A stretch of 64,000 nt of DNA from Octopus vulgaris (GCA_951406725.2 OX597822.1:40362001-40426000), one strand, 5' to 3'; positions 11,876 through 25,840 are shown, counted from the first letter of the stretch. Numbers and translations: made by a program. The notes: generated by a model not told the origin, from the sequence alone.

Positions 11876-13420
11876 CATACATACATATGCCGATGTGTAC
11901 GAGGATTCTAAAAAAGAATTTGAAAATTGTGCAAGCGTAACATCTCTCACACACATGTCTATGTATGCACACAGAGACAAAGAAGGAGTATTCATGACAT
12001 TTTTATGTCTTGCAAGACAAATAAGACATTTTATTAACCGACTTTCATGGTTCCGATATTCTTATGGCAGCGAATGTTGGAGCGTCTAGAGGAAAAGAAA
12101 CTGAAAATAACGCTAGATTTGGATTGGACACTGCAAGAAGAACACTTTTTTTCTTGTATCTCTCATGAAAACGTTTGGGCATATGACGTCTTGCTGTTTT
12201 GTTGTTGGCAGACATAAGAACATTTTTAAAAAGGATGAAAAATATTTAAAATAAATACAATAAAAAAAATCGGGGGTAATCAAAGACCAGGAGACTTTGT
12301 GACAGCAGGATGATTAAAACATTTTGGCGATTCGCTCCAACATTCATTACCGCTCGAAGATCGGAACCGTGGAACTCAAAATAGCGGTTAGTAAACTTTT
12401 CAGCTTACACTCTGTGCGTAAGTGTGTTTGCTTTATATATATATACAGAAAAAGAGAGAGGTGTGCAGGCAGGCAGAGAGAGTGAGTGATGATTTGTGAC
12501 CGAGTGGTCAAGGTGTTGCGTTCAAGATTACAAGATCGTAAGCAAAGATCTTGAACAAAGTACTAAAGTACTTTATTTCGCGCTACTCTAGTCTACTCAG
12601 GTGTATATAGATAAACCTGCGATGGACTGGCAATTGCCCTATGAAGGGCAATTTTTACCTTCATACCCAGCCAGAGGGCTGGGATCATTCGAAAGCTACA
12701 ATAATTTTAGGAAGCGCATTGTATCCAGCAATGTAGACCGACATCCGATAGATCTGTCGATACCCTGATATAATATGAGGGTGCATGACTTGGCGGTTAG
12801 GGTGTTGCACTCACGATGTAGCCACTGTTATTCGAATCGTTAGAGCGGGTGGTGCGTTGTCCTTGGGCTAAGACAGTTCATCTCACGTTGTTCTGTGATC
12901 ACTTCAACACCTGACACCTGACGCATGGTGCACAGTGCACCTGTTCAGAGAACATCGACTTGGAGAGAGTGAGCTAATGCATACATTCGATCACTATAAA
13001 CAAATCATTTGTGCAGGTCCTTCACCAAAAGCTGAACGCTCATACGTCGCCATCGACAGGTCAGTCCATCACACACACACACACACACACACACATGTAT
13101 ACATACGATGGGCTTTCAGTTCCTGACTACCAAATCCACTTTGGTCGGCCCGAGGCTATAGCAAATGACACTTGCCCAAAATGCCACGCAGGGGGATTGA
13201 ACCCGGAACGATGTGGTTGGAAAGCGAGCTTCTTACCACACACCCACTCCTGCGCCTATATTTATATATATATATAATTCTCTAAGCATTGGGTATGTAT
13301 GTAGATAGCCGGTGAAGCACGTTCACTGCAACTGGCTACCTGACATCTTCCAGGGTATTTATATAATTGTCCCTGTATCTACATTAGAAATTGTTCAGTG
13401 TTGGTCGAGTATATAGCAAA

Positions 13421-13780
13421 TCGTGGAACTCCGTCGCTTACGACGACGAGGGTTCCAGTTGATCCAATCAATGGAACAGCCTGCTCGTGAAATTAACGTG
13501 CAAGTGGCTGCACACTCCACAGACACGTGTACACTTAACGTATTTCTCGGTGTGAATCAGCGTGACAAAGAGTGTGACAAGGCTGGTCCTTTGAAATACA
13601 GGAAGAAAGTGTGAGAGACAGATGTGGTGAAAGAGGTTCGCCACCACGCTCTGCCGGAGCCTCGTTGAGCTTTAGGTGTTTTCGCTCAATAAACACACAC
13701 AACGCCCAGTCTGGGAATCGAAACCTCGATCTTACGACCGCGAGTCCGCTGCCCTAACCACTGGGCCATTGCGCCTCCAC
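13421..13780 (-). mobile_element. tRNA-derived SINE family C
   Basis: Minus head ggcgcaatggcccagtggttagggc...ggtttcgattccc. Body shared with 16335-16595(-) and 39380-39660(+). Related heads at 1-105, ~12490, ~12775 and ~14200-14310. Confidence 0.85.
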
Positions 13781-13792
13781 ATATAACAAATA

Positions 13793-13941
13793 ACGGAAAT
13801 TGAATGCACCAAAATCTTTATTGCTCACAATAATCTTTTCGACCCATCCTGCATCGATCTCCAGTCACACAGCATCTCACTCTTGAGGGCTCGAAACGAT
13901 CGTCGTGAGCAATAAAGTTTCTCATATATTTCATTTTCCGT
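13793..13941. repeat. Foldback element with hammerhead 3' half
   Basis: ctttattgctcac...ttcgaccc vs gggctcgaaacgatcgtcgtgagcaataaag. GAAAC-GATC-GTC has the perfect palindrome ACGATCGT, followed by AATAAA. CTGGAGA core variant on the minus strand. Confidence 0.65.
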
Positions 13942-14458
13942 CTCTATCATTTGTTATAGGAAACATAAATCTCTACATTGCTCAATGTATTATTTAGTCA
14001 GTACTAACTTGGACGATGCCTGTTTCATTTTAGTCTTATAAACTTAGATTATAAGCTAAGTAGTTATCACTGGCAATTATTTTCTGTGCCATGATTTTGC
14101 TGACAGTTTTCAGTGCTTAAGAGATCACGAATAGAGACAGACACTCCCTTGCCTCTTGCAGTGGAACATCGAGGACGTGACAGCTAGGGCAAGAGTTGGC
14201 TGCGACAGCCCATGCTGGAGCAACATGAAGTGAAATGCGGTTCTCAAGGAAACAACCTACCACACGGTCCAGGAAGCGAACCCGCGACCATAATCCCTTG
14301 GCCATGCCCCTTTAAACACATACTCACACGTGTGTATGTGTGTGTATGGAGATATATACGAGTGTGTGTGTGTGTGTGGAGATATATACATGTGTGTGTG
14401 CGCGTATAAATATGTGTACACATGCATATATAACGTCTGTATTGTGTTTCTTTTTCAG

Positions 14459-14639
14459 TGAAACAAGTGTACGTACCCAAGGCTGGCACCACCGGACAAA
14501 CCAATGTTCTGGGTGTTGTTGTATTCTCTGTATTGATGGGTGTCACCCTGGGCAGAATGGCTATCCGAGGTAAACCCTTACTGGATGTCTGTAATTGCAT
14601 CAATGAAGCCACCATGAAATTATTTAAAATCTTCATCTG
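14459..14639 (+). CDS. SLC1A: SLC1A/EAAT exon (TM4-TM5; TNVLGVVVFSVLMGVTLG...NEATMKLFKIFIW)
   Basis: tttttcag acceptor, gtaagt donor at 14640. Matches the EAAT 'NVLGLVVFS...GKPL...NEAxMKL' segment. Confidence 0.95.
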
Positions 14640-14680
14640 GTAAGTTAATTCTTCCCATCATCCATTATTATTTTACAATC

Positions 14681-15352
14681 TAAGACGGTGAGCATGCAGA
14701 ACCGTTTGCACGCCTGGAAAAGTACTTGGTGGCATATCATTCTGAGTTCAAATTCCGCCGAGGTTGACTTCGTCTTTCATCGTACCCAGGTCGATAAAAT
14801 AAGTAGCAATTGAACACTAGGGTCGGTGTAATCGACTTACCCTCATCCCCCAAAATTACGAGCCATGTGCCATAATTTGAAACCATTATTATATTACAAA
14901 CTAAGACGTCGAGCTGAGAGAATCGTTGGATTGCTGAAGTAAATGCCCAGCGGCATTTCGTCCGTCGCTTACGTTCCGCGTTCAAATCTCGCCAAAGTCG
15001 ACTTCGCCTTTCATCTTTTTGGGGATCGATTAATTAAGTACCAGTTACGCCCTGGGGTTGATGTAATCGATTATCTCTTTCCTTACAAAATGCCAGGCTT
15101 GTGCCTATAGTAGAAACGATTATTCTACAATCTGAAAGAGGCGAACTAGCACAGGCGGTAGCTCGTGGTACAAAATATTTAGCAGCATTTCTTCCGGTTT
15201 TACGTTCCGAGTTCAAATTCTGCTGCGGTGGACGTTTCCTCTTATTCTTTCGGAGTCGATGAAATAAGTACCAATTATGCACTGGGGTCGAAGTAATCGA
15301 TTAGCACTCCCTTCACTACAACAATTCTGGCCTTGTGCCTGTAATTGAAAAT
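14681..15352 (+). mobile_element. SINE family B, three tandem copies
   Basis: Three head-to-tail units starting ~14681, ~14901 and ~15135. Confidence 0.85.
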
Positions 15353-17374
15353 TATTTTATTTTCTGGTCACGTGGTGTATTTTATTCATGCGGTGGTGCT
15401 GGATAGTTGTAAGGCTCCTTAGTTACGTATACTGTGCATCGAAGATATAAAAGATATATTCTTTTGTAAGGCCGTAGAGTTTGGCATGAAGGAAATTTGG
15501 CTGCTATTTCTAGCTAGTCCAATGTCTAGTTAGAAGCTCTGTCAATATTGTGTAGTGGCAGTGTGTGCGATGGTGTGTTGGAGTGGTATAATGTAGTGAT
15601 GTTATATAGTGGTGCAGTACAGTGATGTGATGTGGTGATGTTAAAAGGTTGATGCAAAGGTAATATTACACTCCAGTGAAGTTATTTTGAAGAGGAAAAC
15701 AAAGTGGGAGGAGAGATTTCACAAAACAGATCAAAGGCAAGTCTTTGAAAAACAATATGAGATTAGATATAAGATAAAAGTAGGATTTATTTGACAAATA
15801 ACCTAAAACGTGTTATGTGGTATCGTATAACTGGTCTATATTTACCAACAACGAGGGAGCCTTACCTTGTCACTTGATCTGCAAGAGATGGTAGCTAAAT
15901 CTACATCAGATAACTCCAGACTGAAGGAAACGACCAGTCCGATTATGTAATCCTAAATAGATATGAAATACGTGTGGCTGAAATAATTTTGATCTTTGAT
16001 CGTTGAATGTATTTTTGCTGAACCGAGTTCAACGACGTATGACACTCTTATAGTAAAAATGTTACACAATGGCTTGCTGTGTAGTAATAGACATAGAGCA
16101 TCGTGTGCAGCAAGGGTCATTTACTACAGTTTATATATTAGAGGCAGTTTACAGCCAGAGTCGTTCGCTTGGCGTGTTTCAACAGAGGAAGAAACGAAAT
16201 GCAACAAGAGTTATTTGTTACAGTATGAGAATGGTACAACAAAGTGCTGTGTTACAACAGACGAGGAAATTGTTTTTAATATGCAGCATGACACGGGTTG
16301 AAATATGACGCAATTGCTTAATGTTTTAACTGTCACTTCGTCGGTTTCAACGACGAGGGTTCCATTTAATCCGATCAGCGGAATAGCCTGCTCGTGAAAT
16401 TAACGTGCAAGTGGCTGAGCATTCCACAAACACGCGTACCCGTAACGTAATTCTCAGGGAGATTCGGTGAGAACATAATGTGACAAGGCTGACCCTTAAA
16501 ATGTCATGCTCAAAGACACAACGCACCACCGGGAATCGAATTCACCAACTTACGATTGTGAGTCGAACCCCTTACCACTAAGCCAATCGTCTTCACTAAC
16601 TTAATGCCTTACAATGAAAGATGTAACACATTTTTATGGCCTTACAAAATAGAAAGTTAAAATTCATAATATGTTGCTTAAAGTAGAGTCGTAAGAAGAG
16701 ATTTGTAACTGGAGCACAATAAATACTGTGTAGAAGGTAAGAGAGTGAGAATCACAGTTGCTGCTCACACGAAATATAGTTCCTCGGGAACTGTTACAAT
16801 GAAAATGAGTATAACATTTTTGTGCATTTGTAGATTTTGCACGAAGTATGTCAAATATATTGTAAATTAGCAGCTATTATCGCATGAGCTAATCTTGCTA
16901 TTTCTTGATAACCTTCAGATGATATATGTAACCTGTTTGCAAGAACATGTACCCATGAGTAAATATGCGTGTATTTTGGAAGTTTTGAATGCAAATACGT
17001 GTACAACATATTGAAGGAAATAATGAGTGAATCATTGACTACATTTTGTGCATATCAAAAGTAATCAAACTTGTATAATATTTGGGGAATGATCAATATG
17101 GTATTTTGGAAATTATATTTAAATCATCATGCTCTCATTAACTATCATCATGTTCATTTTACATCAATAGTCCCATCATTATTGACGGTTCATGCTACTC
17201 TAGTAGCTCCATAAATAACTCAGTTTACGGATATAGTAAGAATAAATTACACGACACACCTAACGGAATAAACCAACGATAATTCCAGCCAAGACCACCC
17301 TGTCGTTTTAAGACAATCGAAGAACTTATTATTCGATGTATTCTTTCTCTTTACGAGTTTAGTTTGTTAGTTTT

Positions 17375-17670
17375 CTCCGTGCCATGAAGCACATAATGCC
17401 ACAACATGATATCTCCAACCAGCTCTGATAAACTTTTCCCCGTATCCTGATTTCATTCCAGCTGGTCTACCATTTCCATCTCCTTCTTAATGGTTCTTCC
17501 CCTTTCAAGGCGCTATGTTGCTCTTTTTCTCCCTCAGGATGCCACTTTAGTGCCCCCATACAATCACTTTCTCGATCTTGTCTGAGGATGTGTCCGATCC
17601 CATCCAGCGCCTTAGTTTTATTTCGTCACTGATCCTGTTGATACCCATTGTCCTCTGAATTGGGTCATTT
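17375..17670 (-). mobile_element. Older RTE-like LINE 3' fragment
   Basis: Frameshifted minus-strand translation EIKLRRW..IGHILRQDRESDCMGALKWHPEG...RTIKKEME. Confidence 0.65.
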
Positions 17671-18096
17671 CGGCGACAACGTCGAAGAATTTATTTACTC
17701 GAGGCGACAGTTAAGAAAGGTAACGCGGGATATAAAGAACATAATATCGAAAACTCAGAGAGCGTTCTACAATCTAACAAATGTATAGAGAAGCAAATAT
17801 ATAGGTCGCGAAACGAAGCTGAAACTTCAAGACATTGGTCTGACTCGTATTACTCTACACACGTGAAAACTGAAAGGGTGACAAAAATGGAAGAAAAAGC
17901 AATGAAGTTTCCTTTATGAGGTGTAACAGTGTAATTCAAATGAAATGTAACTGATATTTTTACCAGGTCAAGCAAGTATGTAGAAAATCCAAAGCTAACT
18001 CGCGGTTTACCTCGTTGTTTCAGAAGGTATTTGTGTGAGTAATCTGCTCCTTTGTTGGGTGAGGGAGACAGTTCCTTCGTTGGAATAGGCGATCCC

Positions 18097-18487
18097 TCCG
18101 GGATGCGAAACTTTTTTCCTACGAGAGTTCTGGACTCCAGTAATGAACTCATTTGCATACAGCCAATCAGATCTCACCTTGAGCTTGTTGTCAAGTTAAA
18201 GGTTGGCATTCAAAATGGCGATCTCTGATTGCCAAGCGAACCTTGTATTGTGCTCTCACAACACAAATAACCATACAGAGGTAGCCGTGGTTGAAACAAG
18301 AACAAAAACAAACATTATTAAAAGAGAAAAGAAGTATGGTCATTCCTTACCCAAGTGACCTTATCTTATCGCTCATCACTTGTTACGCGCTCATAAATTA
18401 GTTTGATAGTTGAGCTCTGATTGGCTGTATGCAAATGAGTTCATAACTGGGGTCCAGAACTCTCGTGGGAAAAATCTTGCTTCCGGG
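18097..18487. mobile_element. MITE with ~80-bp imperfect terminal inverted repeats
   Basis: cctacgagagttctggactccagtaatgaactcatttgcatacagccaatcagatctca vs tgagctctgattggctgtatgcaaatgagttcataactggggtccagaactctcgtggg. Confidence 0.8.
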
Positions 18488-19544
18488 TTAGGTACTCTTC
18501 TGTTGAGGTGGAATTATCCCCCTTGTTGGTTGGTGACCCTCGCTGTAGGAGTTGGTGACCCTGGCTGTAGACGTTACTGAATAAAGAAACGAAAAGACAC
18601 AATATATGGAAACTACCAAAAAAGGATTTTCACACAGGGAAACTGGATGTAACACAACAGGGATATAACACACTCGGGGTATGGCACAGTAGGACTGTGA
18701 GAGCGTAGAAATGTAAGAGGAATGCAACACAAAGCAGGTGTGACATGGCAGAGAAGACGTGACCTTGCACATCTGATGTCACAACATATCTATGTCACAA
18801 AGGTTTTATCACACAATAGAAGACGGACGGCTAACATGACTGCAGATCAATAAAGCAGAGATGCTACAAGAGCTGTTGCTGCTGCTGCTGCTGCTTATGA
18901 TGATAATGGTAAAGACATTGACAGTGGCATTCGACAGTTGTACTGTTCTGGTAGTGGTGGTGGTGGGTGTGGAGTTTATGATGTTAATGATGCTACTGAT
19001 GATGGTGGTGATGATGATGAGGATAGCGAAGATGGCGACGACAACACTATCAATCAGTGAGAGAAAGGAGAGAAATGACGTTTCAGCAGGGCACGCACGC
19101 GCACACGCACGCACACACACGCACACACACGCACGCACACGCACGCACACACACGCACACACACACACACACAGCATTGTCATACGGTTGGTCCACCGAA
19201 TGTCACGTGATCACAAGACATTCCTTTAAGGCGGGAAGAAAAAAGAAGAAAAAGAAAGGCAAAACATTAAAAAAATATATTTTGTTCTTATTTCTTCATT
19301 TGCCTGGGAAGAAAAAAAAACAAAAGAAAAAGCAATGATAATACTACTACTACTACTAATAATGATAAAACAAGAAAAAAAGACGAGAGGAAGGCGGGGG
19401 AAAAGATTTTTATTTATTTATTTATTTATTGTTTCCTATTTTCCTTCCTTTCACGTTGAATAACAAACTCTCTCATCCATTTCATTGATAGCTGCAGTGA
19501 AAGACGAATGTACGCTTAATCAAAATTAACAGCAGCCTCATGAA

Positions 19545-20470
19545 TCAATCACAACCACCGCTGCCACCATTACCACCACCACTACCCTTACTACCTCCAC
19601 AGCCACATTACCAACAACATTACAAAACTACCACGATTACAACCACCATAATTCTTCTAACCACGATCACCACTACTAAAACACTACCACCATCACCACC
19701 ACTGTTTTTACCACAACCACCACCATCATTACCATGACCACTACCACCACCATCCTTACTACGACCACCACTACCAAAATTCTATAACCACCGTTCTTAC
19801 CACGACCACCACCATTCTTGCCATGACCACCATTTCCAAAACACTACCACCATCCTTACCACGACCACCACTATCGAAAATCTGCAGTCACCGTTCTTAC
19901 CACGAACTCCACCATTCTTACATTAACCATCACAACCAAAACACCACCACTATCAAAAACCTACAACCACCGTTCTTACCACGACCCCTACTATTCTTAC
20001 CATGACCACCACTACGGAAACACTACCACCACCATCGCTGCCACAACAGTCACCACTACCATCACCGTCCTTCCCATCACTACCTTTATACTTACCAAGG
20101 CAACACCACCATAGCAACAACACTATCACTACCACCACTACCACCGTCATAACATCATTACCACTACACCATCTCTTCTACAACAACAACACTACACCAC
20201 TACGAACCTGTGACATACACCCCGTTAAGCCACTTTCTGCACATAGTCTGCACTGCCAAACTTGCCACCACTATCCCTACCACAATGCCATCAACGTACT
20301 ACCACAACGCTACTACTGCTGTACCGCTAACAGCCACAATACCACCACCAGCATCACCAACATCACTTAAACTGCCACATGCACACCTCAATTTACTTCT
20401 CCCTCCTCACATCATCACCATTGCCCATTTTCTCATTACTAACACCATACCACTATTACTACTACTGCTG
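19545..20470. repeat. (ACC/ACT)n low-complexity tract with degenerate higher-order units
   Basis: Recurrent ccaccgttcttaccacgacc and aaaacactaccaccatc motifs. Confidence 0.88.
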
Positions 20471-20786
20471 TCATTGCCACAACAACAAACATTCCACCAC
20501 TTCAGGTGGTGGGAGGGGGTGAGGAAAGACATTACTGAAATACCATTCCAATTGAACAGTTATTTCGATCGATATTGCCAAGAGAAATATAGAAAGAGTG
20601 AGAGAGAGAGAGAGAAAAGAAAAGGAAAGAAAAAAGAACCGAAAATGTCATCAGAGACATCGAGATGGTGACGACGACGTCGACGAACATCTTTATTGTA
20701 ACTATTGTTGTTAGTGGTAATATTAGTGTTATTTTATTAAAATGGAGAAAATTATTATGATAATATTGGGTATCGTTATGAATACA

Positions 20787-20827
<41 letters not shown>

Positions 20828-21131
20828 CACCATGATCCTTCTTATTCAGTAGCAGTCAATCATTGAAACTTTATTAGCGATCATTTCCCCTCACTCTCTC
20901 TGTCTCTCTTCCATTGTTCTCTCTACCTCTTGTATTCTCTACACCCTCTCCCAAACACCTCCTCGTATGCACTGTGTATACACACACTAACATACATACA
21001 TATATCCATACCCATACACACACACACATATATATATATATATATTTATTTATTTATCAATTCGTAAATCTGAACTGTTATTAGTTTATAATTGAAGAGC
21101 GAATGGGTCTGAAAGAAACGGTGAATGAGAG

Positions 21132-21168
<37 letters not shown>

Positions 21169-21293
21169 GAGAAAAAGAGAGAGGCACAAAGCGTTAGTAA
21201 ATAACTGAGTGTCAGAGAGATAGAGGAATAGACGGATAGAGAGAAAGAGAGAGAGGGAGATAGAGAGATAGTTAGATAGAGATAAATAGAGAG

Positions 21294-21332
<39 letters not shown>

Positions 21333-23344
21333 TAGATAGTACAAAACTTTAAAAAATGTAAACAAAATCGAAAAGAGTGAAGGGATATACAGAGAGAGAG
21401 AGAGAGAGAGAGAGAAACAAATTAAAAAGGAAATATGAAAAAAAAAAGACAAATGTTGAGAGAAAAGGGAATTAAGATCGAGTAAAGCAACAAGGGGGAG
21501 AGAGGGGAGGAGAGAGAAAGAGAGAGACAGAAAGTGGAAGAAAACGTCAAGTCTGGAAGGAATGGAGGAAGGAAGGATGTTGTAAGAAGAAAAAAAAAAC
21601 GAAAAGAAAAACGAACAAAAAATAATGAAGGAAAAGTTAGGCAATGAGAGTGTGAATAAAATATTTGACGTTTCGAATTCCGCTGAGAACTTTGCTAGTT
21701 GCTACCTAATTTGCGATGCACGCATACACTCATATATATATATAGTGCGCGTATTGTGTAAGCGTGGTGTCTGTGTCATATATATATACCCACACGTGCA
21801 CATCTATGCACATAATGATAGTGTGTGAGGCGGAAACCACCGAAGAAGAACCCGCGATACTCCACTAGATATCTATGATTCAAAGACTTCCTGAAATAAC
21901 TCCGTTTCCTAAACATATCCAAATGTTATTACCGACCTTCCAAGCCTTTCATTCTACTCAAATTGCTAAAGTTACTCTTTGTTGCCTTCGTACATAGCCT
22001 ACCAGCTCTTCAATTATAGAATTGTGAAGACTTCCACTTCGCTTATTCGCACACAATCAGAGGAATAACGTTATTGTTGCTGTCAAACCTCCTTCTTATT
22101 ATTATTTAATAATAATATTAATAATATGATGATAATTATTTTCTAGGCCAGAGGGATCTCAGACATTAACGGTTTCTTTCTTTTCTGACAAGGGTGAAAG
22201 ATGGCGGGGCAGATACTGAAATACACTGGGGGTTTATAATAATTATAAAAATTTTTTTTTTAAATATTACATTTTTTAGAATATTATTAATAATTTAAGT
22301 ATTAATAATAATTATCTTTATTGCTGTTATTCTTATTATCATTTATTAATACCAGAGAATACATTATTATCATTATTATTTAAATGTAGTACTCGATGTC
22401 TAGGGCCCTTGTGGCCAATGAAAGTTGTTGCTATTATTATTATTATTACTACTACTACTACTACTACTACTACCATCATTGTCGTCGTTGTTACAATAAC
22501 GATGTTGAATTTTGCCGTTGGTGGTTGTCGGTCTGAGATTGTTGTTTGAGGAATGTGTAGACAATGAAATGATAACAACAAAAACAATATCAGTTTTCCA
22601 TCTGCAAACATTGTTTTCAATATCTGACATTTCCAGTGCAAACCTCTGTTGTTTCCGCTTCAGTTATCACCATTGTCAGTTTCAAAAGTGCCTGTGTTTG
22701 TTGTTGGGTGGTTGGTTGATCGACTGGAGAAGTATAGGGATGGATGGATGAATGAATGAATGAATGAGTGAATAGTTGGTCGGTCGACTGGAGATGTGTA
22801 AGGATTGATGAATAGACGAATGGATATGTGATCGCTTGGCTGGTTGGTTGGTTTGATTATTATTACATAACACGTGCTACATTATAAGTTTCTAAGGTTT
22901 ACTAAAAATGATTATGCGGCGAGGAACAAACAACAATAACGAAATATTTTCATTTTCTTGTGATACATACCGTAGACATCTTCGGAGAAGTTTCAGTCTT
23001 ACTTTGATCTCATCAGTATGACATAGATTTCACTGCACTTTTTCCAAATAATGGTGGAAGAAATAGTTGATAAATGTAGAGGATAGGCGTTTGCTGGCGT
23101 AGAGAAGTAGAACTTTTTTTGTGAAGTCCCTGATTCACAGATGTCTAGCTCAGTTTTGGAGGTTCTTCGAAGGTTTTTATTGAAAATGAAATGTTTTTGC
23201 ATTATAATATTATATAATATAAATAAAAAGCCCAGATTATAGTTGTGTGATCACGAGGTCTATTTCAAGACGATGTTGTTCTGAATTCACTCCTGCTGCG
23301 CTACACATTGGGCAAATGATCAGTGTTTCTTAGGAATGAAATTT

Positions 23345-23396
<52 letters not shown>

Positions 23397-23683
23397 TTCT
23401 AGACTGAAGCACTCTCCTAGACAGAAAAAGTCGAAGACTGCCCAATATTTAGATGCTATCATTTATAACTTTTGTGCATCGAGATTCAATTTTCCAAAGC
23501 ACACACACACACACACACAAACATACATACATACATACATACTTACATAGATACACACACACACACACACAGACATACATACATACATACTTACATAGAT
23601 ACACACACACATACACACACATGCATATATATATATATACATACATACATACATACATAAATACATATAGCATCAATTGATAA

Positions 23684-23779
23684 TGGATTTCGTATTAGAC
23701 TTTTATTAGGTACAACCTGTTTCGACCTATCATTCTGGATCTCTTCAGGTACATTGATAAAAGTTTAATACGAAATCCA
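23684..23779 (-). ncRNA. Minimal type I hammerhead ribozyme candidate (Penelope-like/retrozyme type)
   Basis: Minus strand: gtac-CUGAAGA-gauc[cagaaugaua]gguc-GAAAC-ag-GUU^gtac. Stem I is 4 bp plus an internal loop plus about 23 bp extension. Stem II is 4 bp, stem III is minimal. Predicted cut between 23714 and 23713. Confidence 0.75.
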
Positions 23780-23914
23780 CCTCCTGCTATCAATCAATGC
23801 TATCAACTTAACTGCCACTGCGAAGTTCCTGAAATATATCCAACGGAAGTATACCACAACTACGAAACACAGCAGGTAGCCTAAACTGTGCCAGTGCTTT
23901 ACTTATATATATAT

Positions 23915-25070
23915 CATCATCATCATCATCGTTTAACGTCCGTTCTCCATGCTAGCATGGGTTGGACGGTTCGACCGGGGATCTGGGAAGCCAGAAGGCT
24001 GCACCAGGCTCCAGTCTTATCTGGCAATGTTTCTACAGCTGGATGCCCTTCCTAACGCCAACCACTCCGTGAGTGTAGTGGGTGCTTTTTACGTGCCACC
24101 TGCACAGGTGCCAGACGAGGCTGGCAACGGCCACGGTCGGATTGGTGTATTTTATGTGCCACCGGCACGGAAGCCAGTCGAGGCGGCGCTGGCATCGGCC
24201 ACGAGTCGGATAGTGCTTTTTACGTACCACCAGACCAGGGATCCTGGCTGGTTCAATTCGCTTTCGCTTGCCCCAACATGTCTTCGCAAGCAAAGGGGGG
24301 TTGGCATGGGCGCCTGTCGTACGGTCGGATTGGTGTATTTTACGTGCCACCGGCACGGAAGCCAGTGGAGGCGGCGCTGGCATCGGCCACGAGTCGGATA
24401 GTGCTTTTTACGTACCACCAGACCAGGGATCCTGGCTGGTTCAATTCGATTTCGATTTCGCTTTCGCTTGCCCCAACATGTCTTCGCAAGCAAAGGGGGT
24501 TGGCATGGTTGCCTGTCGTCGGATGAGGTTCTATATCGACTTCGCTTGCCTCAACAGGTCTTTGTGTCCAAGGGAGGAAAGGAATTCATAAGTGGGCTGG
24601 GCTCACTTGTCCTGCCTGGTCTTCTCACGTACAGCATATTTCCAAAGGTCTCGGTCGCTGGTCATTTCCTCAGTGAGGCCTAAAGTTCGAAGGTCGTGCT
24701 TCACCACCTCGTCCCAGGTTTTCCTGGGTCTACCTCTTCGACGGGTTCCCTCAACTGCTAGGGATTGGCACTTTCTCACACACCTATCTTCATCCATTCT
24801 CGCCACATGACCATACCAGCGCAATCGTCTCTCTTGCACACCACAACTGATGCTTCTTAGGTACAACATTTCTCTCGAGGTACTAATGCTCTGTCGAGTA
24901 TGTACACTGACATTACACATCCATCGGAGCATACTGGCTTCATTCCTCACGAGCTTACGCATGTCCTCAGGAGTCACGGCCCATGTTTCACTGCCATGTA
25001 GCATGGCTGTTCGTACACATGCATCATACAGTCTGCCTTTTACTCTGAGCGAGAGGCCTTTAGTCACCAG
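23915..25070 (-). mobile_element. 5'-truncated RTE-clade LINE
   Basis: ORF 24603-25067 has LYDACVRTAMLHGSETW, RRLRWYGHVARM and RRRGRPRKTW (RTE ORF2 C-terminus). Has a 3' UTR, a (GAT)n tail at ~23915-23930 and a probable TSD ttatatatatat (23903-23914 / 25071-25082). Confidence 0.93.
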
Positions 25071-25380
25071 TTATATATATATGACAAAGTAAAGTTGTAA
25101 GATACCGCACGAGTGGAAATATATATGAAAGAAGGTTTGAAAATGCAATTTTAAAGATATTTATTCGCATGACCGGTTTCACTTTTTTAGAAAAAGGTTG
25201 CCAAAAGTAAAATGTAAAGCTTTGTATAAGCTTTGTTGTGTTAAGTACTGGTTGTCAAAAAAGAATTAAAATACATTTATACATTCTTTGGTAATACTAA
25301 GAAAATGTTAAAAACAGTTTACAAGAATATATTCAACAAAAAAGTATTAGGAGTTCAATATAAATCATGTTTGTTTGGTA

Positions 25381-25421
<41 letters not shown>

Positions 25422-25424
<3 letters not shown>

Positions 25425-25798
25425 TACCGTCAGAAATTAATTAGCACCCTTGATTTGCTCTTCACTCAAGGTATGTGCTGTCACCTAGTGGCCATATCTC
25501 GAACTATTGCTTTGTTGCGAGTTCACTGTTGCGCAGAACGATGACGTAACTTTGTTTGCAGAGCAGTTTGAGAGTCTACAGCCTTATGATGTTGACATAG
25601 CAGTGCAACAACTTGGAGTGCGGATGCAGACAAATCTTCCTTTGTTTAATAGATATAGGTAGCGCCTCGCAAGGACCGAAATCACACCATACTAAGTTTT
25701 CTCATCGCGTAAGATGTTTTGAACAGCTCATAGGTTAATTGATTTAACCTATTTAATGTAGAAATTTGAGAAGTGCTAATTAATTTCTGACGCAAGTG
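25422..25798 (+). mobile_element. Tc1-derived MITE, same TIRs as 8560-9126
   Basis: cactaccgtcagaaattaattagcacccttgatttgctc ... gagaagtgctaattaatttctgacgcaagtg, flanked by (TA)n. No transposase motifs. Confidence 0.88.
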
Positions 25799-25840
25799 TA
25801 TATATATATATACAGAAGGAGGTATGTTTAAGAATTTACA

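Noticed and set aside
13700-13780. tRNA gene
   Set aside because: A/B boxes are present, but it continues directly into a repeated SINE body and lacks a clean acceptor stem. It is a SINE head.
24133-24519. CRISPR-like repeat array
   Set aside because: Eukaryotic LINE 3' UTR duplication. No unique spacers or cas genes.
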